Assembly: GCF_947492815.1 (NCBI RefSeq)
Contig: NZ_CANLOB010000014.1
Span: 325-64,324, forward strand
Origin: an uncultured Dokdonia sp.
GTDB taxonomy: Bacteria > Bacteroidota > Bacteroidia > Flavobacteriales > Flavobacteriaceae
Direction of reading: 5' to 3'
DNA length: 64,000 bases
The position numbers and the translations under genes are program-made. The notes under the pieces are model-generated. The model was not told the origin of the DNA. It saw nothing but the letters and a program-made list of their open reading frames with translations, and ran no database searches. Within the stretch, counting starts at the first letter, position 1; every line of letters begins with the position of its first letter. Shown here piece after piece: positions 1-10,278 of the stretch.

Positions 1-77
1 TTTACACGTTTTGAAAAAATTAACGCTGAAGTTGGCTGATATTCTTAACTTCGCCACATTGCAAAAAAAATAAGAAC

Positions 78-3000
78 ATGACAGAATTCAACTTTAAGAA
101 GTGGAATAAAATAGTCGGATGGAGTGTTTTTGCCATCGCATTACTTGTATACTCTCTTACTGTGGAGCCTACAGCAAGTTTCTGGGATGCTGGAGAATAC
201 ATCTCAACATCTTCCAAATTAGAGATAGGTCACCCTCCTGGAGCGCCTCTTTACCAAATATTAGGAGCTTTTGTTTCTATTTTTGCACCAGATAGCACCT
301 ATATCGCACTCGCTGTAAATTATCTTTCATGCTTGACAAGTGCCTTCACCATTCTTTTTATGTTTTGGTCACTTACCTTATTAATTAGAAAATTATTACA
401 CATCAACACAGAAGTAATGACTACTTCCAAGCAATATGCAGTACTTGGAAGCGCTGCTATTGGGTCACTTGCTTTTAGTTTTACAGATAGTTTCTGGTTT
501 AATGCTGTCGAAGCAGAGGTATATGCGCCTGCCGCTTTTATCCTCTCTTTATTATTTTACCTAGGCTTACTTTGGGAACGTGACATGCACAAACCACGTG
601 GTAACAGATGGCTTATTCTTATTGCATTTATTGTAGGACAGTCATTTGGAATTCACTTCATGGGACTTCTTACTATTCCAGCAATAGGATTATTATATTA
701 TTTTAAAAACACAAAAGAGGTTACTGCAAAAAATTTCATTATTGCACTTGTCGTTGTAGTGGCTGTATTACTATTTATCTTTAAATTCTTATTACCATAT
801 ACACTTGCCATATTTGGGCATCTAGAAGTATTTTTTGTCAATACACTCAGGCTACCATTTAATAGCGGTACTATTATCGCAGCCTTATTATTAGCGGGAC
901 TTTTTTATTATGGGTTTACGCTTTCGCGAAAGCATAACAAGCCTGCTTTAAACACGGTATTGCTATGTATATTATTTATATTCATAGGATTCTCAAGTTG
1001 GCTTATGTTACCTATTAGAGCCAATGCTGGAACGACTATTAATGAAAACAACCCTAATAATGCGCGTGAATTATTAGCGTATTATAATCGTGAGCAATAT
1101 CCAGAAACACATCTTTTTTATGGACCTCAGTTTACTTCTGATTACTCAGGACTAGACCCTGACAATCCCTATGTAGACGAAAAAAAGAAATATGAAAAGG
1201 ATGAAAAATTAGGAAAATATGTGGTTGTAAATGAATGGCGTAATGCAGGCCAGAATCTTGACGATGCACATAAAGCATTTTTACCTCGTATGTGGAGCCC
1301 AGAACACAATGCAAATTACATGCAGTACACTGGACCTCTTGATTTTAGCATTAAAGCAGAATATGCTGGCGAACCTGAATTACAAGATATTGTCATGCAA
1401 TTTAAGTTAGATTATGCTCAAGGGAAAGTAGACTATGAAGGATATAATGCATTCCTAAAAAGTGAAATTGGACAATACTACCTAGATGTAGAAAAGCCTT
1501 CTTTTGGAGATAACATTTCATATATGTTCAGTTATCAGTTTGGATATATGTATTGGCGTTATTTTATGTGGAACTTTACCGGACGTCAAAACGATATTCA
1601 AGGACAAGGAGATGATTTTAACGGAAACTGGATTAGTGGAATCAATTGGGTGGATAGTTTATTTATAGGTCCGCAGGATAATCTACCTTCGGATGTAACA
1701 AAAAACAAAGCACGTAATACCTATTATTTTTTACCATTGCTTTTAGGATTATTAGGGATTCTATTTCACGTAAGTAAAGACTGGAAGAATTTTGTAGTAC
1801 TTCTTGTATTTTTCTTATTTACAGGTTTAGCGCTTAAAGTATATCTAAACGAGCGGCCTTTTGAACCTAGAGAGCGTGATTATGCACTTGTAGGATCTTT
1901 TTATGTCTTTGCCATGTGGATTGGCTTTGGCGCATATGCATTGTTTGACATCTTAAAAGATGTTATCAAGCCAAAAATAGCAGTTCCCGTTGCTATGGTT
2001 ATTTGTTTATTTGCAGCACCTGTATTATTAGCTACAGAAAATTGGGATGATCACGATCGTTCTGGACGTAAAACAGCCCTTGCTATGGCTCGGAAATATC
2101 TAGATTCTGTAGATGAGAATGCGATTTTATTTACCATAGGTGATAATGATACATTTGCACTTTGGTACGTGCAAGAGATTGAAGGCTATCGTACAGATGT
2201 GCGTGTTGTAAATACCAGTCTTATTAATACAGATTGGTATATGGATCAAATGAAACGTAAAGCATTTAAAAGTGATCCTGTACCTAGCACTCTTACGCAT
2301 GAAAAATACCGCTACGGTACCCGTGATGCTATTTTTTATGCTCCTATTAAAAAAGATGGAGATGATATTACTGCTGTTGACAAATGGCTGAATTGGATTG
2401 CACTTGATGATCCTAGAACACAAGAAGAACTCAGAAATGGAAAGCTTGTCAATACTTTTCCAAGTAAAAAAATAAGAATCCCTGTAGATAAAAATACAGT
2501 ACTTAGTAACAATATTGTTCCTGAAAGAGATGCAGAAGAGATTGTACCATATATTGATATCGAATTAAAGAGCGATATTCTATATAAGAATAGACTTCTT
2601 ATGATGGATATTCTTGCTACTAATAACTGGGAGCGCCCTATTTACTTTACAGGAGGTAGTTTTGGAGATGATGATTACTTATGGATGAAAGATTACCTAC
2701 AACTTGACGGAGTTTGCTTTAAACTAGTTCCAATTTATACACCTGTAGACAAACGTAATCCATATGACATGGGACGTATAGATTCTGAGAAGTCTTATGA
2801 AATCATCAAAAACTGGTACTGGGGTAATAGTGGTGATCCAGATATTTACCACGATCGTGAGACACGTTCTAATGCAATTACCTATCGTGGTAATATAGCA
2901 CGTGTTGTTGAACAACTTATTATAGAAAATGATCCTGAAAAAGCTAAAGAACTCATGGACCTTGCTATGGAGAAAATGCCTGTAGATATCTTTGAATTCT

Positions 3001-3389
3001 ATACATTGTTAGAACCTTATATTAGTGGGTATTATCAAGTTGGAGAAACACAAAAAGCAAGGGATCTTTGGGAACAACTTGCTACAAAATATCAAGAGCA
3101 GCTCACCTATTTTAGTGGTCTTTCTGAAAGCAGACAATATGATTATGCTCAAGAAATTATTACAAACATAGAAAAGTACAGAAGCCTTATAGACTTAATA
3201 GTAGCCAATCAAGACGAGGAACTTGTAGAAGAGAAGGCGAAAGAGTTTAATGATTATTTACGTGCATTTTCTTTCTTTTATGACGATGAAGAACCAGAAA
3301 ACATTGAAAGTATAGAAGATATACTTGGCGATGAATCTATTCCTATACCAGCAGACACTACTGAAAGCGATACGATTCTAAAACAATAA
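78..3389 (+). CDS. DUF2723-family multi-pass membrane protein (GT-C fold, TMEM260-like putative glycosyltransferase)
   Basis: 1103 aa ORF; many TM helices; N-terminal WDAGEY and HPPG motifs typical of DUF2723; C-terminal soluble domain with TIGDNDTF. Confidence 0.8.
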   Translation: MTEFNFKKWNKIVGWSVFAIALLVYSLTVEPTASFWDAGEYISTSSKLEIGHPPGAPLYQILGAFVSIFAPDSTYIALAVNYLSCLTSAFTILFMFWSLTLLIRKLLHINTEVMTTSKQYAVLGSAAIGSLAFSFTDSFWFNAVEAEVYAPAAFILSLLFYLGLLWERDMHKPRGNRWLILIAFIVGQSFGIHFMGLLTIPAIGLLYYFKNTKEVTAKNFIIALVVVVAVLLFIFKFLLPYTLAIFGHLEVFFVNTLRLPFNSGTIIAALLLAGLFYYGFTLSRKHNKPALNTVLLCILFIFIGFSSWLMLPIRANAGTTINENNPNNARELLAYYNREQYPETHLFYGPQFTSDYSGLDPDNPYVDEKKKYEKDEKLGKYVVVNEWRNAGQNLDDAHKAFLPRMWSPEHNANYMQYTGPLDFSIKAEYAGEPELQDIVMQFKLDYAQGKVDYEGYNAFLKSEIGQYYLDVEKPSFGDNISYMFSYQFGYMYWRYFMWNFTGRQNDIQGQGDDFNGNWISGINWVDSLFIGPQDNLPSDVTKNKARNTYYFLPLLLGLLGILFHVSKDWKNFVVLLVFFLFTGLALKVYLNERPFEPRERDYALVGSFYVFAMWIGFGAYALFDILKDVIKPKIAVPVAMVICLFAAPVLLATENWDDHDRSGRKTALAMARKYLDSVDENAILFTIGDNDTFALWYVQEIEGYRTDVRVVNTSLINTDWYMDQMKRKAFKSDPVPSTLTHEKYRYGTRDAIFYAPIKKDGDDITAVDKWLNWIALDDPRTQEELRNGKLVNTFPSKKIRIPVDKNTVLSNNIVPERDAEEIVPYIDIELKSDILYKNRLLMMDILATNNWERPIYFTGGSFGDDDYLWMKDYLQLDGVCFKLVPIYTPVDKRNPYDMGRIDSEKSYEIIKNWYWGNSGDPDIYHDRETRSNAITYRGNIARVVEQLIIENDPEKAKELMDLAMEKMPVDIFEFYTLLEPYISGYYQVGETQKARDLWEQLATKYQEQLTYFSGLSESRQYDYAQEIITNIEKYRSLIDLIVANQDEELVEEKAKEFNDYLRAFSFFYDDEEPENIESIEDILGDESIPIPADTTESDTILKQ

Positions 3390-3390
3390 T

Positions 3391-4056
3391 ATGGGGTTAT
3401 TTATCCCACTTCCTATACGGGTACCTTCGTTTATAAAATGGATGCACCCGTCTTGGTATATATGGGATAAACCTTCTAAAGAAAAAACAATATACCTAAC
3501 ATTTGATGATGGTCCTATTCCAGAAGTAACAACATGGGTCTTAAACCTTCTTAAGCAAAAGGATATAAAAGCTACTTTCTTTTGTATTGGAGATAATGTA
3601 CAAAAACACCCAAAGGTTTTTAAACAAATCCTTGACGATGGACATACCATTGGCAATCACACCCAACACCATCTAAAAGGATGGAAACACACTACAGAAA
3701 AATATGTTTATGATGTTGCATTAGCAGAAACTACGATAACTCACGCATTACACTTAGAAGAAAAGCAGTCGCCAAGCTTTCCTCTTTTTAGACCTCCTTA
3801 TGGTAAAATAAAAAGGAAACAAGCTAAACAACTTCGTAAAAAGGGCTATCAAATCATCATGTATAGAACTGTTGCTTATGATTGGGAAGCTTCCACAACA
3901 CCAGAGCAATGTTTACAGAACATTATAAAGCATACTAGAAGTGGTGACTTAGTTGTTTTTCACGACAGTGTAAAAGCATCAAAAAACATGAAGTATGCAC
4001 TTCCTAAAGTCATTGATTATTTTCTAGAAAACGGATATTGTTTTAAACCTATGTGA
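3391..4056 (+). CDS. Polysaccharide deacetylase (CE4/NodB family)
   Basis: TFDDGP, HTQHH, FRPPYG and VFHDS motifs; starts 1 bp after DUF2723 stop. Confidence 0.9.
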   Translation: MGLFIPLPIRVPSFIKWMHPSWYIWDKPSKEKTIYLTFDDGPIPEVTTWVLNLLKQKDIKATFFCIGDNVQKHPKVFKQILDDGHTIGNHTQHHLKGWKHTTEKYVYDVALAETTITHALHLEEKQSPSFPLFRPPYGKIKRKQAKQLRKKGYQIIMYRTVAYDWEASTTPEQCLQNIIKHTRSGDLVVFHDSVKASKNMKYALPKVIDYFLENGYCFKPM

Positions 4057-4063
4057 GTAATTA

Positions 4064-4363
4064 CTAAGAAGCATACTCCTGCATAATACCTATTAAGGTA
4101 TTTGCATCTTGCTCTCCGCTTTGGCGCCATTTCATTTCGCCATTTTTATAAATAATAAGTGTAGGTAGTGATTTAATACGTAGTGCTTCTGCAAGCTTGT
4201 TATTTTTATCTACGTCTATTTTGATGACTTTCCCTTTGTCACCCATAGCAGCCGCTACATCCCTTAGTACAGGATGCATAGATACAGAATCTTCATTCCA
4301 CTCTGTATAGAAATCCAGTAACACGGGAACGTTTAAGTCTATTAATTCGCCAAATTTTGACAT
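4064..4363 (-). CDS. Thioredoxin-fold protein without CxxC
   Basis: PVLLDFYTEW...KIDVD...LPT thioredoxin pattern; WNEDS in place of WCxxC; no Cys in the protein. Confidence 0.8.
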   Translation of the reverse strand: MSKFGELIDLNVPVLLDFYTEWNEDSVSMHPVLRDVAAAMGDKGKVIKIDVDKNNKLAEALRIKSLPTLIIYKNGEMKWRQSGEQDANTLIGIMQEYAS

Positions 4364-4429
4364 AACCTTTACGATTTAGTACTTAATGAACGGAGGAATA
4401 TCCTTATCAAATATACCATTTTATCTTCA

Positions 4430-5656
4430 CTATGCTGTTTTTGAACCTTTTTTAAGCTCTATCACAGTAATTTCTGGCCATATCCCAACTCTTCCAGGAA
4501 AAGCTAAATATCCAAATCCTCTATTCACATTTATATATTGTCCTTTTTCTTCATATATGCCTGCCCAACGTTTATAACGCCATTTTACAGGACTCCATTT
4601 TATCCAACCAGGGATTTCTATTCCAAATTGCATCCCATGAGTGTGGCCACTTAAAGTTAAGTGAAAGTGATCTTTATGCGGGACTACTTCATGATCCCAA
4701 TGCGATGGATCATGGCTCAGCAATACTTTAAAATCATCTGAAGTAATGTTTCCTATAGCTTTATTAAGGTCTCCTTCTTGTTTAAAACCAGCTCCCCAGT
4801 TTTCTACACCCACTAGTGCTATACGTTGCCCATCTTTTTCGATAAAACGACTATCATTAAGAATTAAATCAAACCCAATTTCATTGTGTATATCTTTTAA
4901 TCTCTGAAAGTTATTTTGCTTTTCTTCTTTAGAACTCCAACCCCTATAATAATCACCATAATCATGATTTCCTAAAATTGAATACATTCCATCTTTTGCA
5001 CTTAGTTTAGAAAAAACATCTATCCAAGGTTCCATCTCACTAGCAAAATTATTCACCATATCTCCAGTAAAGAAAATTGCATCACTGTCTTGTTCATTAA
5101 TAAGATCTATAGCATAAGATACTTTTTCTTTATTATCAAAACTACCGCTATGAATATCACTTATCTGCGTGATTTGATAGCCATCAAAAGCATCTGGCAA
5201 ATCTTCAAAATGCAAGGTATATTTCAGTACTTTAAAATTATAACGTCCTTTAATAACCCCATAAAGAATAGAGGCAAACGGAACTGCCATTAAACCTAGA
5301 GCAATCTGACTTACAAATTTACGTCTGGAAGGAATTGAATAAGAAGTAGTCTTACCAGATAACTTATAATAGACACCTTCTACGAGTCGGAAGATATCTT
5401 CTCCAAACATCACAGCAATAAGAATGATTTTAGAGACTATCATAATAATAAATGTCACAATAAAAAACTGTGTCATTGCAGACCAACTACGTCTATCACC
5501 TGTAGCAACTTGAAAGATAAGTCCTCCTATGACAAGCGCTGTAATAAGAAAATATAAGATCGTTCCCCATTTTCCTTTTACTAAAAACCGAAAAGCCTGA
5601 TAGGCATATATATCAAGTGCAATAACAATTGCGATAAATAAAATGAAACGAACCAT
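4430..5656 (-). CDS. Membrane-anchored calcineurin-like metallophosphoesterase
   Basis: N-terminal TM helices; DIHSG, GDMVN, GNHDY, SHDP, GHTHG motifs. Confidence 0.9.
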   Translation of the reverse strand: MVRFILFIAIVIALDIYAYQAFRFLVKGKWGTILYFLITALVIGGLIFQVATGDRRSWSAMTQFFIVTFIIMIVSKIILIAVMFGEDIFRLVEGVYYKLSGKTTSYSIPSRRKFVSQIALGLMAVPFASILYGVIKGRYNFKVLKYTLHFEDLPDAFDGYQITQISDIHSGSFDNKEKVSYAIDLINEQDSDAIFFTGDMVNNFASEMEPWIDVFSKLSAKDGMYSILGNHDYGDYYRGWSSKEEKQNNFQRLKDIHNEIGFDLILNDSRFIEKDGQRIALVGVENWGAGFKQEGDLNKAIGNITSDDFKVLLSHDPSHWDHEVVPHKDHFHLTLSGHTHGMQFGIEIPGWIKWSPVKWRYKRWAGIYEEKGQYINVNRGFGYLAFPGRVGIWPEITVIELKKGSKTA

Positions 5657-5754
5657 TAAACAAATTTTAACAAAAATAAGATGTCCGTTCTGAGTGTGCT
5701 ATCTTTTCACGTTTATTTAACCAAATCCTAATCATAAATGGTATAATTTCTAGG

Positions 5755-5819
5755 TACGCTTTATCGCTTTGCTCTCCCTATGGTCGTGAATCTCACAAGA
5801 TCGATTTCGCGAAAGCGTA
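5755..5819. repeat. Miniature repeat element, family A copy 1 (ends TACGCTTT...AAAGCGTA)
   Basis: 65 bp; aligns by eye with 8686-8770 and with the reverse complement of 44429-44680. Confidence 0.75.
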
Positions 5820-5878
5820 TATATCATATCATTCATATTTTTGAACATCTTTCTTAAACACACCTAATTATAAAACGT

Positions 5879-7006
5879 TTATGATTTAAGAGCTCTTGCA
5901 AAATTATAGCTAGCCATCACAAGGTTTTCATAACTGTGAGCTATGGCTTTTTGAAGTGTCATAACTCCTGAAGTAATAGCAGTCGCATAGGTTAATCCTA
6001 GATCTTCTTGATCCTGTATAGATATATCGATACTCCCACAAAGAGCAGCTACAGGTATTTTATGTTTTTTTGCAGTTTCTAATACTCCGGAAATGGTCTT
6101 TCCTGAGATGGTTTGTTCATCCAATTGTCCTTCTCCAGTAATAATCCAATCGGCTTCTTGAACAGCTTCTTCAAAACCTGCCAATTCTTTTATCAGGTCA
6201 ATTCCAGAAGTAAGTGTTGCTTTTAAAAACACACAGCTTGCTACACCCATTCCTCCAGCAGCGCCGCCACCTTCAATTTCTTGCACATGATTATTTACAA
6301 GAGTATTCACTATAGATGCATAGTTTCTTAAGCCTTTATCTAATGCTAGTACCTCAGCTTCTGAGGCTCCTTTTTGTGATCCATACACATGCGCCGATCC
6401 ATTAGACCCATACAACGGATTTGTCACATCGCAAGCCACTAGAAATGTGATATCATGCAATTCTGGCAGTACTCTTGAATCATTTATGTGTGCTACATGG
6501 ATAAGGTTTGCTCCTATAGGAGACAATACGTTTCCTTGTGCATCTAAAAAATCATACCCCAAGGCATGTGCCATACCCATACCCGCATCACAAGTAGCAC
6601 TTCCTCCTATACCTAAAATAATCTTAGACGCTCCTTTTTGTATGGCATTTACAATAAGTTCTCCCGTACCATAGGTAGTTGTATACATGCAATTACGTTC
6701 CTCTTGATTCAGTAATTTTAATCCTGAGGCTTCTGCCATCTCTACAAAAGCAGTTTCAGAGGCTTCATTATATAAATAGCTGCCCTCTATTTTTCTAAAT
6801 AACGGATCATTTACCTCTACCCTCTGCGTATTCCCATTTAGATAATGACCTATGATTGCAATGGTACCATCCCCTCCATCTGCTAGTGGCTTTTTAATAA
6901 TTTCGGCGTTTTGAAAAACACGTTGAAGTCCTTCTTCTACAGCATCACAGAATTCAAAACCTGATAGCGAGTCTTTGTATTTATCAGGAGCGATTACAAA
7001 TTTCAT
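5879..7006 (-). CDS. glxK: Glycerate kinase (GlxK/GarK family)
   Basis: IAPDKYKDSL, PLADGGDGT, EMAEASGL, GIGGSAT, GAAGG, ITGEG motifs. Confidence 0.9.
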   Translation of the reverse strand: MKFVIAPDKYKDSLSGFEFCDAVEEGLQRVFQNAEIIKKPLADGGDGTIAIIGHYLNGNTQRVEVNDPLFRKIEGSYLYNEASETAFVEMAEASGLKLLNQEERNCMYTTTYGTGELIVNAIQKGASKIILGIGGSATCDAGMGMAHALGYDFLDAQGNVLSPIGANLIHVAHINDSRVLPELHDITFLVACDVTNPLYGSNGSAHVYGSQKGASEAEVLALDKGLRNYASIVNTLVNNHVQEIEGGGAAGGMGVASCVFLKATLTSGIDLIKELAGFEEAVQEADWIITGEGQLDEQTISGKTISGVLETAKKHKIPVAALCGSIDISIQDQEDLGLTYATAITSGVMTLQKAIAHSYENLVMASYNFARALKS

Positions 7007-7016
7007 TTCTTTTATT

Positions 7017-8621
7017 TTATCCTAACAAGGTAGGTAACATCAAACTAAATATTAAAATACATACAAAATATCCTACGAGTAATAGTACTTCTTTTTTACC
7101 AGAATGGTACACCACTTCCACATTTTCTTTCACCTCTCTTTTAATAATATAACTCACCCCTAATGCTACAACAATGGTCATAATACATCCTAATGCATTC
7201 CACCAGAACCAGAATATTTCGGGTACATATAGCCATAAGTAGGCATTAAATAGTACGCCAACTACAATACCAATATTTGCTCCTAAGGCATGTGTTTTTT
7301 TAGTAAGGATTGCTAGCATAAATACCGCTAAGATGGGGCCATAAAAAACAGAACTTATTTTATTGATCACCTCAATGACTGTTCCTTCTATATTCCCTGC
7401 AAAAAAAGCAAAAAACAAGCATACAAGACCCCAAAATACAGACAAAAGTCTTGACGTACTTATATACTTTTTATTATCCATATTTGGTTGGAAACGCTTT
7501 ATAAAATCTTCCATAGTCACAGCCGAAAGTGAATTAACTGTAGAGCTCAAGGAAGACATTGCTGCCGACATAATAGCGACTATCAAAATACCTATCACTC
7601 CATTAGGCAAATATTGAATAATAAAAACGGGCACCATCAAATCTGCTTTTTTCCCTTCCAGTGTTCCAATATTAGCTTGATATACATTTTCCATAGCTAC
7701 TTGAAAACTTGTATCCTGAAATAACAATGTTCCTAGTACTAACCCCATAATACAATACACCAACGTAATTGGGAATCTAAAAAGGCCATTGGCTAATAAT
7801 AGCTTCTTAAGAGTAGGCATATTCTTAGCAGATAGTAATCGTTGTGATTGTGTTTGATCAGTTCCATAATAGGAAGCATACAAAAAGAATCCTCCTATCA
7901 CCATAGGCCAGAATCCAAATGCATCACTCCCATCAGCATTATTAAATCCCCATTTAGAGAAATCTACCGTGTTGATTCTATCTTTATCTACATGCGTCAA
8001 GAAATTATCAAATCCACCCAACTCACTTAATCCATAAAAAAGACATATAACAATGCCTAGAAATAATATTGTCATTTGTATCACATCTCCCCAAATAACA
8101 GCTTTCATTCCGCCTTGAAAAGAGTAAATCATGGTAATGATTCCTATAATAGCTACTGATATCCAGAAATCTAATCCGATCGTTGCTTGTAAAATAAGTG
8201 CCATGGTATACACCATAACACCTGTTGCTACAGAGCGACTTATTTGAAATACAAAACTGATTAACAATCTTGAGGATGCATCAAATCGTTTTTCTAAGTA
8301 CTCGTACACACTTACGATACCTGATTTATATAGGCTAGGCAATACTGCAATAAGTAAGAAAGCCATAGCGAGTGGCACTCCAAACTCATAGGTAAGCCAT
8401 TGCAATCCTCCACCATCTTTTAAACCTACAAATGCAGGAGCAGATATAAAACTAATGGCAGATAATTGTGTTGCCATCGTAGACAGACTTAATGGCAACC
8501 AAGAGATACTTCTACCCCCAAGAAAGTAATCACTAGAGGTTTTATTTTCCTTAAAAACATATCCAAGTCCCAAAAATCCTATTAAGTAAATAACAATAAC
8601 TAGATAGTCTAAATAATTCAT
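7017..8621 (-). CDS. Sodium:solute symporter (SSS family)
   Basis: About 13 TM helices; DYFLGGR, YEYLEKRF, GGMKAVIWGD, AAMSSLSS motifs. Confidence 0.9.
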   Translation of the reverse strand: MNYLDYLVIVIYLIGFLGLGYVFKENKTSSDYFLGGRSISWLPLSLSTMATQLSAISFISAPAFVGLKDGGGLQWLTYEFGVPLAMAFLLIAVLPSLYKSGIVSVYEYLEKRFDASSRLLISFVFQISRSVATGVMVYTMALILQATIGLDFWISVAIIGIITMIYSFQGGMKAVIWGDVIQMTILFLGIVICLFYGLSELGGFDNFLTHVDKDRINTVDFSKWGFNNADGSDAFGFWPMVIGGFFLYASYYGTDQTQSQRLLSAKNMPTLKKLLLANGLFRFPITLVYCIMGLVLGTLLFQDTSFQVAMENVYQANIGTLEGKKADLMVPVFIIQYLPNGVIGILIVAIMSAAMSSLSSTVNSLSAVTMEDFIKRFQPNMDNKKYISTSRLLSVFWGLVCLFFAFFAGNIEGTVIEVINKISSVFYGPILAVFMLAILTKKTHALGANIGIVVGVLFNAYLWLYVPEIFWFWWNALGCIMTIVVALGVSYIIKREVKENVEVVYHSGKKEVLLLVGYFVCILIFSLMLPTLLG

Positions 8622-8685
8622 AATAGCTGATTATCAATTAGCTGTATACATTTGTTTCCTCATCCTAAAAAGGAGTATTCTTTCA

Positions 8686-8770
8686 TACGCTTTAACGTTT
8701 CACTCTTCCTAAGGTTGTGAATCTGCCTAACGACAGGCAGGTCTCGTAGGCTCAATTTCGCGAAAGCGCA
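8686..8770. repeat. Family A element copy 2 with internal CTGCC...GGCAGG insert
   Basis: Same ends and core as 5755-5819, plus about 20 bp TCTGCCTAACGACAGGCAGG between GTGAA and TCTC. Confidence 0.7.
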
Positions 8771-8787
8771 TATCATATATTTTAAAA

Positions 8788-10098
8788 TCATTCATGTAAT
8801 AAATCAATTAAAAGTGCTGCACTCCAAGAGAAATTATTTCCTCCATAAGCTCTACTATCTCCAGATGGCAACTCTTTTCTAGCATCAAAATATTCATAAA
8901 AACCATAAGTTTCTATAAGACTAATAGAATCCATTTTTACTGTATTTGCAGTTTCTTTAAAACCATATCGCTTGAGTCCTTTATAAAGAATCCAATTCAA
9001 ATTCATCCATATAGGACCTCGCCAATATTTTTTAGGATTATATAAAGTACTTGTTGGATCAAAAGAAGCACAGAGGTATTGCTCCTCTCCTCTAAATTTT
9101 TGTAACAATACGTTTAAAAGTTGTTTTGCCTGATCTTCATTAGGAATCCCAGCAAACAAAGGAGCAAAAGAAGAAGAGGTAATATAGGGCATGGGTTGAT
9201 CATTTCTCAAATCATAATAGATATAAGCTCCTAATGTCTCATCAAATAGTTTTTCATTAAACCTTGCTATACTTTTAGCTTGGCACTTTTTGAGATAAGC
9301 AATTTTTTCTTCATTATTCCCAATACGCTCATATAACGCTATTAAAGATTCATTAGATTTAATAAGCATTGCATTAAAAAGAGGATCTTGTATTAATAAG
9401 GGAGAATGTACTGCTATTTTTTGATCGTTATACTGATGAGATTTTGCAATTTCGATAATATGCAAATAGTGATTGTATTCTCTATTTGAAGGTCTTTGCG
9501 ATGGGTCAACATGTGTAGTATCTCTTCTTTCAAAAGTATATTCAGGAGCATCAATACCTTCCCATATCTCATCCCAAACTGGAGAATTATCTGTTCCCGA
9601 TTCCCAATTGTGATAGATATAGACTAATCCTTCTTGATGAGGATCTCTGTTTTTATAGAAATACACATGATTATCAAATACCTTATCAATATGTACTGTT
9701 ATAAAAGAGAGCATATCACTATCATCTTTTGAAATACGCATCATTTCTTCAAGCACAAATCCCAATACAGGAGGCTGCGTCATTCCGGTAGTTTTATACT
9801 TCTTTGAAGATAAGGGATGTAAATGAGATTGATGAAAATCTGCTCCAGGAAAATAGGTATCACTCTCATTATGAAAAACAATATGAGGAACAAATCCATT
9901 TTCCCATTGCGCATCTAATAATGTGGCAATTTCTTGCTTTGCTTTTGTGGTATTATAATGTGCTAATCCTATCGCAATAAATCCTGAATCCCATTTCCAC
10001 TGAAAGGGATATAGTCCTTTACTTGGAATGGTAAATCCACCTTCTTGATAGTTTGCATCTAATACCTGTTTTGCTCTTTCTAGTAACGTTTCTTTCAT
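8788..10098 (-). CDS. GH63-like glycoside hydrolase (mannosylglycerate/glucosylglycerate hydrolase type)
   Basis: QWKWDSGF, WESGTDNSP, YWRGPIW, FYEYF, FSWSAA motifs; start moved to ATG at 10098. Confidence 0.8.
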   Translation of the reverse strand: MKETLLERAKQVLDANYQEGGFTIPSKGLYPFQWKWDSGFIAIGLAHYNTTKAKQEIATLLDAQWENGFVPHIVFHNESDTYFPGADFHQSHLHPLSSKKYKTTGMTQPPVLGFVLEEMMRISKDDSDMLSFITVHIDKVFDNHVYFYKNRDPHQEGLVYIYHNWESGTDNSPVWDEIWEGIDAPEYTFERRDTTHVDPSQRPSNREYNHYLHIIEIAKSHQYNDQKIAVHSPLLIQDPLFNAMLIKSNESLIALYERIGNNEEKIAYLKKCQAKSIARFNEKLFDETLGAYIYYDLRNDQPMPYITSSSFAPLFAGIPNEDQAKQLLNVLLQKFRGEEQYLCASFDPTSTLYNPKKYWRGPIWMNLNWILYKGLKRYGFKETANTVKMDSISLIETYGFYEYFDARKELPSGDSRAYGGNNFSWSAALLIDLLHE

Positions 10099-10222
10099 AT
10101 ATAACACACTTCAAAAAAAGATGGCTCGTCCATATTATGTATTGCATCTTCCATATTTTTAAGGAGTACTTAAAATTATAAGAATATCTAATTGGCATTA
10201 CAGAAATAGCTTTAAAAACCTA

Positions 10223-10236
10223 TTCAAACGTTTGCG
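10223..10236. promoter_or_regulatory. Candidate LacI-family operator
   Basis: TTCAAACGTTTGCG with a perfect CAAACGTTTG palindrome, between the divergent GH63 and lacI genes. Confidence 0.55.
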
Positions 10237-10278
10237 GGAATAATTGCAAAATTCTTTTTTTGACTTATCTTTAATTTT

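Noticed and set aside
5873-5882. AAAACGTTT as a third LacI operator
   Set aside because: Overlaps the glycerate kinase stop codon, is not upstream of any gene, and has weak flanking symmetry
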